Part shown: one piece after another, positions 25,531 through 34,223 of the stretch | How the letters are laid out: each line of letters opens with the position of its first letter | Position numbering within the stretch: the first letter of the stretch is position 1 | Source: an uncultured euryarchaeote | Lineage (GTDB): Archaea > Thermoplasmatota > Poseidoniia > Poseidoniales > Poseidoniaceae | Direction of reading: 5' to 3' | Length of the DNA: 42,311 nt | NCBI GenBank assembly: GCA_963991835.1 | Contig: CAXDRT010000002.1 | Span: 1 to 42,311 of the forward strand | Translations under genes and position numbers: made by a program | The notes under the pieces: generated by a model | The model's input: the letters and a program-made list of their open reading frames with translations, nothing else | Databases searched by the model: none | What the model was told of the DNA's origin: nothing

Positions 25531-27651
25531 TTAGATATCGTATTTTCCATCAAAGTATGCAGAGATACCTGGGACGTTTGAAATCGAATCAGAATAGCTT
25601 CCCATGTGCTCCTGTGTGTTTACGGCAATGAGCCCACCTGTGTTCAATATTTCAGGAAGAATTGAATCTCCACACATATTTTCAGGAATATCACGGTCGA
25701 CTTCATGAGTGATCTGGTTGTAACAGTATCCAGTACCTTCCTCAATCCAAGCCTCGCCATTCATGTCCATTAGAGCATTCAAGATTGCAGCTCGGGTGTA
25801 CATGTCCATCATCGCAGGATTGAACATGACAGGATGGCTTGGAGCCTTTCCAAAGAGTGGTAGTGCCACGTATCCAGACGAACCGTTTTCAGTTTCTAAA
25901 CACCAGTTTCTTTGCTTCTGAACACAGTTGAAATCGTAGGTTGTATCTGCAATGAATGCAATATCTCCACGACCTTCTGAGAGGCATCGAAGTGCTCCGT
26001 CGTAACTGTAATAGAAGTCTCCTGACTCAGGAATTGATGCATCTTCGTTAAAGAAATTGAAGATTGTTGAGCGAAGAGATGCCACGTCATCAGGGTCTCC
26101 AATAACGTCAGCGTAGCCATTTCCTATGAGGTAACCCATTGGGAGAAGCATCCCTGCCGATTTCAGCCAACCTGTGTGACAGGATGTCTTTCCTCGGAAC
26201 AGTTCAAACGGATCTGTTGAGTCATCATCATCAAGATAGGCTTCAGCAATGTCGCTTCCTGCTTTGACGTAGGCTTGTGCACCATACCAAGAACGGCCAT
26301 CGGGTTTCAAGTCTGCAGCTAGTGCAGAGAGACCGTATTCTTTCCAGCCAACCCACGCTGCTCCTCCGTCCATGAAACCGATGTCTGCATGACCAAATCG
26401 AAGAGCCTCAATAATCGCTCCTTCAGAGGCGACATCGTACAATTCCACATCAACACCGAGTTTCATAGAGAGGCGATCTGCCAGGATTTGCGGATTACCA
26501 TCGATGTTTTCGTACGTATCACGAACTTCATATGCAATTACAATCGGGTTTTTCGTCGGTTGTACAGAAGTGTTTATTCCATATTTACCGCCGTAGTACG
26601 CCTGGATTCCAGGGACGTTTCGAATTGCTGCAGAGTATGTCCCCAAGTGATCTTCTGTTGTTCCTACATCGACGATTCCACTTGGAGAGTTGATGATGTC
26701 GTCAAGAATATCTTCTCCAACTTCATCGTCTTCCATTGCGACAAGTACCTTTCGGACAATGTCAGCCTTCTCATCGCTCATTGTCGCAGGATTGTACATA
26801 ACTGGATGTCCTGGAGCACGTCCGAAGATTGGTAATTCCACGTATTCGGTTTCATCAAGGCACCAAGTGTTGCTGTCTGCACGGTCTACACAGTAGTAGT
26901 CGAGAGTTGTATCAGCAACAAATGCGATATCGCCTCGGTCCTCAGACAAACATCGAAGAGCTCCTTTGTAACTGTAGTAAGTGTCTCCTGTTTCAGGAAT
27001 TGATGCGTCTTCGTTAAAGTATTCGTAAATCGTATTTCGCATTGATTCAACAGTATTTGGATCGCCGATTACATTCGCATACCCATTCCCAATCAGATAG
27101 CCCATTGGGAGAAGCATACCTGCCGATTTTAACCATCCTGTGTGACACGATGTTTTTCCTTGGAAGAGGGCGAATGGGTCGGTGTAGATGTCATCATCAA
27201 GATGCGCATCTGCCATATCCGTACCTGCTCGAATGACGGCTCTTGCGCCGTACCAAGTCCTTCCATCGGGTTTGGTTTCTGATGCTAGGACGCCGAGGTC
27301 ATACTGTTGCCATCCAACCCATGCAGATCCCCCGTCCATGAATGCGATATCTGCATGGCCGAAACGAAGGGCTTCTATTGAAGCTCCTTCTGAGCCTACA
27401 GCGTACAATTCTACTGGTGCGTTGAGTTTCTCTGAGAGATAATCTGCAAGACGTTGAGGGTTATCATCGATGTTGGTATATGTCTCTCGTACTTCATAAG
27501 CGACAACCAATGAATCGATTTGACCTGATTCATCGACATCAGCCTTTTCATCATCTTCTCCCAGACATCCTGAAAAGGTTACTGAGAGCATAAATGCGGC
27601 CATAAAAACTGCTTTTAGATAGTTGCGTGATTTCGTGTTCATGTGTTCCAC
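25531..27651 (-). CDS. Two-lobed transferrin-like / PhnD-family substrate-binding lipoprotein (predicted Fe3+-plus-synergistic-anion binding protein)
   Basis: Signal peptide followed by the lipobox-like FSGC. Two homologous ~322-aa lobes each contain (A/G)FMDGG, WYGA(R/Q)A, SCHTGWLKSAG, YYSY.GALRCLSE.RGDIAF, AP(G/S)HPVM and Y.....(R/S)NVPG. These correspond to the transferrin Asp63, Tyr95, Thr120/Arg124, Tyr188 and His249 contexts. EALRFGHADI is PhnD-like. Confidence 0.85.
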   Translation of the reverse strand: MEHMNTKSRNYLKAVFMAAFMLSVTFSGCLGEDDEKADVDESGQIDSLVVAYEVRETYTNIDDNPQRLADYLSEKLNAPVELYAVGSEGASIEALRFGHADIAFMDGGSAWVGWQQYDLGVLASETKPDGRTWYGARAVIRAGTDMADAHLDDDIYTDPFALFQGKTSCHTGWLKSAGMLLPMGYLIGNGYANVIGDPNTVESMRNTIYEYFNEDASIPETGDTYYSYKGALRCLSEDRGDIAFVADTTLDYYCVDRADSNTWCLDETEYVELPIFGRAPGHPVMYNPATMSDEKADIVRKVLVAMEDDEVGEDILDDIINSPSGIVDVGTTEDHLGTYSAAIRNVPGIQAYYGGKYGINTSVQPTKNPIVIAYEVRDTYENIDGNPQILADRLSMKLGVDVELYDVASEGAIIEALRFGHADIGFMDGGAAWVGWKEYGLSALAADLKPDGRSWYGAQAYVKAGSDIAEAYLDDDDSTDPFELFRGKTSCHTGWLKSAGMLLPMGYLIGNGYADVIGDPDDVASLRSTIFNFFNEDASIPESGDFYYSYDGALRCLSEGRGDIAFIADTTYDFNCVQKQRNWCLETENGSSGYVALPLFGKAPSHPVMFNPAMMDMYTRAAILNALMDMNGEAWIEEGTGYCYNQITHEVDRDIPENMCGDSILPEILNTGGLIAVNTQEHMGSYSDSISNVPGISAYFDGKYDI
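25534..27516 (-). repeat. Intragenic tandem duplication (2 x ~966 bp) encoding the two lobes of the transferrin-like protein
   Basis: Residues ~46-367 and ~368-706 align almost without gaps and are roughly two-thirds identical by eye. The DNA is also similar at an offset of 966 nt: cccattgggagaagcatccctgccgatttcagccaacctgtgtgacagg starts near 26135, and cccattgggagaagcatacctgccgattttaaccatcctgtgtgacacg starts near 27101. Confidence 0.85.
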
Positions 27652-27683
27652 TTTCGCTCCCAGCCACTCAACTGATATGAATG

Positions 27684-27697
27684 TTAGGGCTCCCTAA
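27684..27697. promoter_or_regulatory. Perfect palindrome TTAGGG-CT-CCCTAA in the divergent promoter region (candidate operator)
   Basis: 6-bp arms with a 2-nt centre. It lies 33-46 nt upstream of the transferrin-like gene's ATG (27651, minus) and 42-55 nt upstream of ATG 27739 (plus), next to A/T-rich TATA-like tracts. This is a single occurrence, so statistical support is weak. Confidence 0.3.
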
Positions 27698-27738
27698 AAA
27701 AACACAAATACTATATTGCTCTCAGCGAATCAAAGAGG

Positions 27739-28662
27739 ATGAAACATCAGATGGCTCTTAGATTAAAAGTTGCTTTAACGATGCTTTTGCCCGTCGTTGC
27801 AATTGTCGGCTTGGCGTATTTTTCAGACATCTCACAAGTTGCTGAAATTGCCAAAGAACTGACCTTTCCTGTATTCTCAATGATTGTCATCATATCTGTC
27901 ATACGACCGATTATCGGAGGAATTAGATCCTCGTATGCTTATTCCCCTATAGGAAAACTACGCATCATAGATGCTGCAAAGGGATATTCCCTTTCTGCAT
28001 ACGGAGGTATCTTCCTACCGTCTTCGATAGGAGGCGACGTGTTTCGTATTGAGCATATGAAAAACTGTACAAACTCTACGAGGAAAGAGGCTTTTTTAGT
28101 CGCAGCAGTTGAACGTATTTCCGGCTTACTAAGCCTAATCGTAATGACCGTATGTGTTTCATTCTTGGACTTACCGTTCTCAATCTCATTCGACTGGGTT
28201 TATGTGATGATCTTCGTCGTGAGTCTCCTCATTATGCTGACGTTATTTATGGTGAAGAAGATGCAGACAAATTCTGTCATTGTGAAAACTGTCGATTACA
28301 TCCAGAACTATGCCTCGACAAAACTACTTGCTGGGGTTTTTTTCCTGACGGTAATTTTTCAATGCGTTTCATTGTCAATACCTGCGCTGGTCGCATGGTC
28401 TATTTCAGGATATGAAACAGGCTGTATTGTTGCAGTAATTACGCCCATCGTTGCGCTTGTTGCATCCTTGCCGATTTCAGTAGGAGGGATTGGTATTCGT
28501 GAAGCAGGTTATGTCGGATTTGGAACTTTGTTGGGTGTCGATAGTGACATCCTGCTTATTTCAGGCCTCTCTCTATCGGCATCAATAATACTCTCGGGCT
28601 TACCGGGAATCTGGCTCCAAAATGAGTTAATTTTAACCAATGTTGATCACCAAAGCGAATAA
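27739..28662 (+). CDS. Flippase-like membrane protein (lysylphosphatidylglycerol-synthase TM-region / UPF0104 family)
   Basis: A multi-pass membrane protein of 307 aa containing IFLPSSIGGDVFRI and AAVERISGLLSL, both typical of the LPG_synthase_TM family. It sits immediately upstream of a GT2 gene, which is the usual arrangement. Confidence 0.7.
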   Translation: MKHQMALRLKVALTMLLPVVAIVGLAYFSDISQVAEIAKELTFPVFSMIVIISVIRPIIGGIRSSYAYSPIGKLRIIDAAKGYSLSAYGGIFLPSSIGGDVFRIEHMKNCTNSTRKEAFLVAAVERISGLLSLIVMTVCVSFLDLPFSISFDWVYVMIFVVSLLIMLTLFMVKKMQTNSVIVKTVDYIQNYASTKLLAGVFFLTVIFQCVSLSIPALVAWSISGYETGCIVAVITPIVALVASLPISVGGIGIREAGYVGFGTLLGVDSDILLISGLSLSASIILSGLPGIWLQNELILTNVDHQSE

Positions 28663-28695
28663 ATAATTTCAACCAAACTAAAGGAAGATGAAACC

Positions 28696-29637
28696 ATGAG
28701 ACAAATGAGTTTAGATGTTGTAGTACCCCTCTACAATGATGAAGAGGTAATAGAAGAACTTTGTAAAACAGTATTCACTGTTTTGGAAGAGCAATTCAAA
28801 TCAGTTCGATTGATTTTAATCGATGATGGTTCACATGACGACACATATCAAACTGCAAAAAAAATGAGGAAAGAATTCGACAAAACCGAAGTCATTCGAC
28901 TTGCTGGAAATTATGGCCAACATCGAGCAATACTAGCGGGATTAAGAGCAACCAAAGCCGATATTGTCGCCGTAATGGATTCTGATCTTCAAGACAGGCC
29001 CGAACACATCAGTATCATGGTAGATCGAATGCTCGAAGAAGATACTTCAATGGCCATCGCTAAACGGATACGTCGAGTTGATTCTAAAATGAAGAAGATA
29101 ACAAGCAGATTATTTGGAGCGGTTTCCAACATTTTGGTCCCGTTCAAGGTTGATCCTCATCTTGGTGCTTTTCGAGTCATAAGAAAAAGTGTAGTCAACC
29201 AAGTTTGTGCTGTGAAGGAGCATACGGGAACCCCATTTTCCATGTTGTATTCATTGCAGGTACCGTTCACTATCGTCGAGCTTGAAAGGGATGCTCGGAT
29301 TGCAGGGACAACTGGTTACACATTCAAGAAATCATTGAAATTAGCCAGTGATCGAATTATGACATATTCAACGAAACCAATACGCTTAGCAATCGTACTT
29401 GGGGTTCTCTTTGGTTTGTTTTCGATGGGAATTGCTGGCTACTCAATCATCAATTACGTCATCCAGGATAAAGTCGCTCCAGGTTGGACATCTATTGTAT
29501 TCGTAACCTCGTTCTTTGGAGGATTGAATCTGTTATTTTTAGGAATACTGGGAGAGTATATCGGCCGCATATACATCGAATCGAGAGGAGTTCCCAACTA
29601 CATGATTCAGGATTCAACAATCGATGAAGACGAATAA
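28696..29637 (+). CDS. Polyprenyl-phosphate amino-sugar transferase, GT2 family, ArnC-like
   Basis: Collinear with E. coli ArnC through VVVPLYNDEE, LILIDDGSHDDT, AGNYGQHRAILAGL, MDSDLQDRPEHI, two C-terminal TM helices and LGEYIGRIYIESRGVPNY. Confidence 0.88.
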   Translation: MRQMSLDVVVPLYNDEEVIEELCKTVFTVLEEQFKSVRLILIDDGSHDDTYQTAKKMRKEFDKTEVIRLAGNYGQHRAILAGLRATKADIVAVMDSDLQDRPEHISIMVDRMLEEDTSMAIAKRIRRVDSKMKKITSRLFGAVSNILVPFKVDPHLGAFRVIRKSVVNQVCAVKEHTGTPFSMLYSLQVPFTIVELERDARIAGTTGYTFKKSLKLASDRIMTYSTKPIRLAIVLGVLFGLFSMGIAGYSIINYVIQDKVAPGWTSIVFVTSFFGGLNLLFLGILGEYIGRIYIESRGVPNYMIQDSTIDEDE

Positions 29638-29638
29638 T

Positions 29639-30316
29639 TCAACCAAAGATATGCTGTTTGGTTGATTTTCCTATCATAGCAATCGTGTCAATGATGGATA
29701 CATAATGGGAAAATGGTTCACATCGTTGTGGATATCCATCATACGGCCCGTAGTCCATCCACTTCAGTTCGATTGGAAGATCATCAAACTCATCTGTAAT
29801 GTAGTCCTTAGCCGCTGGGCCGCTTAAGTATGCATCAGCATCAACCATTTCACACATCGAGATTAGTTTTCCAACCCTATCGCCTGAAACATTGAATTCC
29901 GAAGCGTTCCTAAATTCGGTTTTAATGTCCAAATATTCTGCTATTCTCCGGATTAATTGTTGGTTAAATGTTGAAAGATGAGTAATCGATTCGTCTTCAT
30001 ATATTGGAGTGAGCAATTCCATTACATCATGAATGTGTGGACATCTCGAATAATTCCTTCGAATGGTTTCAAGATGGTTCGCCCTCCATTCACCGTCTGG
30101 TAAAACAACAGCGTCAATGGATTTACCTTTGTTTGAACCTGCAGGTATAGTCATCCATTGGGGGCCCGACGGCGTCATAATTTTGTTCCGAGTTCTCCAA
30201 TCTCTCTTCGTAAAATCCGCTGTATCATAGAAAATAAATACGTCAACACTCCCAATCAGGTGAAAATATCCTTTCCAAGGAATGTAATTGGATTGAGATA
30301 TTGCGCATACTGTCAT
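29639..30316 (-). CDS. WbqC-family protein (glycan biosynthesis, function unknown)
   Basis: AISQSNYIPWKGYFHLI...FIFYDTADFTKRDWRTRNKI matches the WbqC N-terminal signature (QPNYLPWLGYF...D.VQF.KR.W.NRN.I). ATG 30316 is 1 nt from the stop of the upstream ATP-grasp gene. The track ORF is 26 codons longer. Confidence 0.75.
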   Translation of the reverse strand: MTVCAISQSNYIPWKGYFHLIGSVDVFIFYDTADFTKRDWRTRNKIMTPSGPQWMTIPAGSNKGKSIDAVVLPDGEWRANHLETIRRNYSRCPHIHDVMELLTPIYEDESITHLSTFNQQLIRRIAEYLDIKTEFRNASEFNVSGDRVGKLISMCEMVDADAYLSGPAAKDYITDEFDDLPIELKWMDYGPYDGYPQRCEPFSHYVSIIDTIAMIGKSTKQHIFG

Positions 30317-30317
30317 T

Positions 30318-31508
30318 TCAATCCGCCTCGTATTCAGTGGTAGTGCAAAATGCTTTAGCGGCATTTGTAACGCTTTGTAGAAGGTCATCAACATCAGAGG
30401 TTATGTCCTGAACATACCCCAATTCTGCTTGCTTTGCTGCATTGAGAGCTACATAATCCCCCACTCCAAAATATAAGTTCCAAACAAATTCTTGATCGGT
30501 ATCTCCAAGTTTTGCAACTTTCCCTGGTTGATCAAAAATGAGATTTTGAATGGCATTTTGAACTCCAAGTGGGGACTGTGGTAACACAGGCTGTATTCCA
30601 AGAGCAATTTGAAGTGCTGTATCGTACATATCAATGCCCCAATATGTTCCACAAACTTCAGGCAAATGAGTCCCACCCATCCGACTTGTCATTTCGATAA
30701 TCTTAGGGCCATCTTCTGTCAGAATGAAGTCTATGTTCGAAATTGTATTGTTAATTCCAAGGGCAGAAACAGCATGCTCTACGATACTCCATACCTTTGG
30801 CATGAGTTCTGACTCCGCAGGATGTGGACATCCATGCCCAATTGGAATTCGCCTAGGAGGGGGGGTTGTAATGTCACTATGCAGCATTAATTTCTCCACT
30901 TTTCCATCAACGATGATCGCCTGAGCTCCAAACTCTTCGCCTTCGAGCCATTCCTCCATTATGATTTCTCCAGAGACACTGTACTTCTGAGCATCTATGT
31001 ATGCAGGATGGATTTCACTTGCCATCTCAATTCGATTAACGCCTCTTGATCCTGAAGAGTCAGCTGGCTTTATGACGCAAGCAGAGGAATGTGAATTGAA
31101 AAATTCAGTTCCAGATTCAACACTTTCAATCAACGCATAGTTGGCTGTTGGCACATTGAACTGTGAGAATCTTGCTTTCATCAATGTCTTATTGAGACAA
31201 GATTTACTGCTTTCTAAACCAGTCCCTGCAAGGTGTAAACAATCGATAACGAGTCCTATACTTTCTAAGCAAACATCCGTCCCTGTGGTAATAATACCAT
31301 CAATTTCGATACGTTTTGCAAGTTCTAGAACTGCGTTCGAATCGGATATATCGACTTCATGGAAGTTGGGGGCAATTTCGATACCTGGGTAATCTCCAAG
31401 AATAGAACAAACATGAACCTCTAGTTGCATTTCAATAGCAGCGATGATCAGAGGAACCTGTTGCCTCCCTGCGCCCAAAATCAAGATCTTATTTCTCTTG
31501 CCCACCAC
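30318..31508 (-). CDS. ATP-grasp domain carboxylate-amine ligase
   Basis: KILILGAGRQQVPLI is a pre-ATP-grasp Rossmann-like N-terminus. The central region (CVIKPADSSGSRGV...IMEEWLEGEEFGAQAIIVDG...EMTSRMGG) follows the ATP-grasp pattern. The gene is translationally coupled to wbqC. Confidence 0.7.
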   Translation of the reverse strand: MVGKRNKILILGAGRQQVPLIIAAIEMQLEVHVCSILGDYPGIEIAPNFHEVDISDSNAVLELAKRIEIDGIITTGTDVCLESIGLVIDCLHLAGTGLESSKSCLNKTLMKARFSQFNVPTANYALIESVESGTEFFNSHSSACVIKPADSSGSRGVNRIEMASEIHPAYIDAQKYSVSGEIIMEEWLEGEEFGAQAIIVDGKVEKLMLHSDITTPPPRRIPIGHGCPHPAESELMPKVWSIVEHAVSALGINNTISNIDFILTEDGPKIIEMTSRMGGTHLPEVCGTYWGIDMYDTALQIALGIQPVLPQSPLGVQNAIQNLIFDQPGKVAKLGDTDQEFVWNLYFGVGDYVALNAAKQAELGYVQDITSDVDDLLQSVTNAAKAFCTTTEYEAD

Positions 31509-31561
31509 TTCAAACCCTCACTTGGCAAACAATCAAAGATTGGCTTCGGACAACAAATAAT

Positions 31562-32704
31562 GTGCGTACTGTCAAGTTCAATGTCCCTTACCTTAGTGGG
31601 AACGAAAGGGACTACATCAATGAAGTATTCGATAGTGGAGAGTTTTCTGGCAATGGAGTATTTACAAAGAAGGCACAATCAATGCTTGAAAATCACTTAT
31701 CCGCGCATCGAGTGTTACTAACACATAGTTGCACAGGAGCACTCGAAATGGCCGCTATGCTCGCTGGCTTTGGTCCAGGTGATGAAGTACTCGTTCCATC
31801 GTTTACATTTGTAACAAGTGCATCTTCCATCATGAGGACAGGAGCAACAGTCGTTTTTTGTGAAATAAATCCAGATACAATGCTGATCGATTTAGATGAT
31901 CTAAAGACGAAGATTACCCCGAAGACAAAGGGTATCGTCGCTGTTGATTATGCAGGATATGGCAACGATTATGAACAAATAAATCAGATTTGTGAGCAGT
32001 ATAATCTCACATGCATCGAAGATGCTGCTCAAGGACTGGGCTCATACTGGAAAAACAGGGCATTAGGAACACATACTCGTTTTGGAGCAATCTCTTTTCA
32101 CCAAACAAAAAATATTCATTCAGGTTTAGGGGGTTGCCTGATAATCAACAATCAAGAAGACGTAAACAAGGCAGAAATGGTTTGGGAAAGAGGGACTGAT
32201 CGAAGTGCCTTTTTCAAAGGCTTAGTGGACAAATACAGTTGGCAAGAAGTGGGATCTTCCTTCTATCCAAGTGAACTGCAGGCTGCTTTTTTGTGCGCTC
32301 AATTAGAAAGCATCAACGAAAATCTATCCGCCAGAAGAGATTTGTGGAATTATTATGAGGAACTACTGAGTCACCTAGAAAAGAATGATTCATTCAAGAT
32401 ATTACGACCTCCAATCGAAAGTGAACACAACGCCCATATGATGGCTATCCAGTTTCCGACTTCAAAAATAGCCGATTCTGCACGTATGTATCTTAATGAA
32501 AATGGTGTACAAGCGGTGATTCATTATGTTCCATTACATTCATCCCCAGTGGGAGAGAAATTAGGTTATTCCGAGAGAGATTTACCAGTAACTGCACAAG
32601 CTGCTGCTTGTTTAATCAGATTACCACTCCACCTCTCGATGGAGAAGAGTGACATTGATTATGTGGTTAAGATTCTTCAAGAATATGTTTCCGACGCTGA
32701 TTGA
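31562..32704 (+). CDS. wecE: dTDP-4-amino-4,6-dideoxyhexose (WecE-like, DegT/DnrJ/EryC1 family) PLP-dependent aminotransferase
   Basis: Collinear with E. coli WecE through FNVPYLSGNERDYINEV, VLLTHSCTGALEMAAML, GDEVLVPSFTFV, EDAAQG, the PLP-lysine context FHQTKN, GTDRSAFFKGLVDKYSWQEVGSSF and NAHMM. Confidence 0.9.
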   Translation: MRTVKFNVPYLSGNERDYINEVFDSGEFSGNGVFTKKAQSMLENHLSAHRVLLTHSCTGALEMAAMLAGFGPGDEVLVPSFTFVTSASSIMRTGATVVFCEINPDTMLIDLDDLKTKITPKTKGIVAVDYAGYGNDYEQINQICEQYNLTCIEDAAQGLGSYWKNRALGTHTRFGAISFHQTKNIHSGLGGCLIINNQEDVNKAEMVWERGTDRSAFFKGLVDKYSWQEVGSSFYPSELQAAFLCAQLESINENLSARRDLWNYYEELLSHLEKNDSFKILRPPIESEHNAHMMAIQFPTSKIADSARMYLNENGVQAVIHYVPLHSSPVGEKLGYSERDLPVTAQAAACLIRLPLHLSMEKSDIDYVVKILQEYVSDAD

Positions 32705-33374
32705 TGTGTTCAAAGACGTAACAAACTACGTAGAAAACCATCACTCCTAAGATTGGAGAACTGATGAATTTGATCCAATTTTCCAATAATGGATCGCTGA
32801 CCGTAGAATCCGTGGTAAAAAATCCACCTGATAATGTCCAACTTACCGCTCGAACTCCCAGGAACATTCCAAAGAGAACAGATACTATTTCTAAATCATT
32901 ATCCATCTTAACGTTCTCAATAATTACGGCTAATACGGCGAATATCAATACACTACTAAGACCAAATCCTGTAAAAATAGACAGGAAGAGTTCATGGCTA
33001 AGTGTGAAAACAATCATCACGTTTGAATACAGAGACAAACTGATCATTTGTTCTATTTCATTCACCTGCGTGAGAATCAATGCGATGTTGAGAAGAAACA
33101 GGCCATTACTCACAACTTCTTGCTCAGAAACAACCACAACTCCTGCAAAGAGAACGCCTCCAATAACCCATAGAATGGATTCATAGGCAACGTTTTGGTT
33201 CAATTGCTTATTTTTTAGCCAGATGATGGCCATCATTGCTACAGGAAGCGTATATTCTTTATCAGGAAGAAAGAGAAGAAGAAACGTTGCAAACGGTAGA
33301 ATATACTGTGTAAAAATGCTCAATTTATTTCCAATTGCATCAGGGGCTAGAGCGGAGAAGCCCCCTTGTGACAT
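32667..33374 (-). CDS. Polytopic membrane protein of unknown function
   Basis: About 7 hydrophobic segments and no recognisable family. ATG 33374 (MSQGGFSAL) is preferred over the TTG at 33392 used by the track. Its 3' end overlaps the convergent wecE-like gene by 38 nt. Confidence 0.5.
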   Translation of the reverse strand: MSQGGFSALAPDAIGNKLSIFTQYILPFATFLLLFLPDKEYTLPVAMMAIIWLKNKQLNQNVAYESILWVIGGVLFAGVVVVSEQEVVSNGLFLLNIALILTQVNEIEQMISLSLYSNVMIVFTLSHELFLSIFTGFGLSSVLIFAVLAVIIENVKMDNDLEIVSVLFGMFLGVRAVSWTLSGGFFTTDSTVSDPLLENWIKFISSPILGVMVFYVVCYVFEHINQRRKHILEES

Positions 33375-33442
33375 AGTGTTTGGTAGAGACAATCATAATT
33401 AAATTTAGGTAATCCTAAAAATGACTTCTGTTTGGGCTAAGT

Positions 33443-34222
33443 ATGCCCAAATCAACAGAACTCTGTGGAGTGGTCTTAGCTGGCGGTTGGGGGACTAGAT
33501 TGATGCCATTGACGACGTCAACAAACAAGCACCTTTTGCCGGTCTATGATGAGCCGATGATATGCAAATCGATTGCAACACTTAGCAGAATGGGCATTAC
33601 TGATATCATGATTGTTCTAGGAGGTTATTCGGGAAATTCGTTTTTCGCACTGCTCGGTGATGGCCATCGATTTGGTCTTGAGATTCGGTATGCATATCAA
33701 GAACAAGCAGGAGGTATTGCTGAAGCATTAAGGCTCACAAAAGGATTCGTTGCAGAACGAAACGTTGCAGTCATACTTGGAGACAACGTGTTCGAGACAT
33801 CGATGGAAGCCTTTTCAGAAGAATTCCAACAAGACGATGAGAATGAATGTTATTTATTCTTGAAACCTGTTGATGAGCCTGGCGAGTTTGGCATAGCATG
33901 GATTGAATCAAGCGGGAGGATCGTAAACATGGAAGAGAAGCCTGTCAATTCTGATTCAAATCTGGCAATCACGGGGCTTTACCTTTACACTCCAAGAGTG
34001 TATGATTTAATCGATGAAATCTTAGAAACCACTGGGTATTCAAAACGAGGTGAATTAGAAATTACTGATATTAACAGATTGTTTATGAAAAAAGGTCTTG
34101 CAAAGGGCTGTTATTTTGACTCACATTGGGCTGACTGTGGGACAATCGATGCCCTTCTGGACACCTCTATACTAATGCGTACTTGGAACCAAGGACCATG
34201 GCTTAAATCAAAGGTGCAGTAA
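33443..34222 (+). CDS. rfbA: Glucose-1-phosphate thymidylyltransferase (short form sugar nucleotidyltransferase)
   Basis: GVVLAGGWGTRLMPLTTSTNKHLLPVYDEPMI is the G-x-G-T-R-L nucleotidyltransferase signature. Also present: YQEQAGGIAEAL and ILGDN. It lies directly upstream of rfbB. Confidence 0.85.
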   Translation: MPKSTELCGVVLAGGWGTRLMPLTTSTNKHLLPVYDEPMICKSIATLSRMGITDIMIVLGGYSGNSFFALLGDGHRFGLEIRYAYQEQAGGIAEALRLTKGFVAERNVAVILGDNVFETSMEAFSEEFQQDDENECYLFLKPVDEPGEFGIAWIESSGRIVNMEEKPVNSDSNLAITGLYLYTPRVYDLIDEILETTGYSKRGELEITDINRLFMKKGLAKGCYFDSHWADCGTIDALLDTSILMRTWNQGPWLKSKVQ

Positions 34223-34223
34223 A

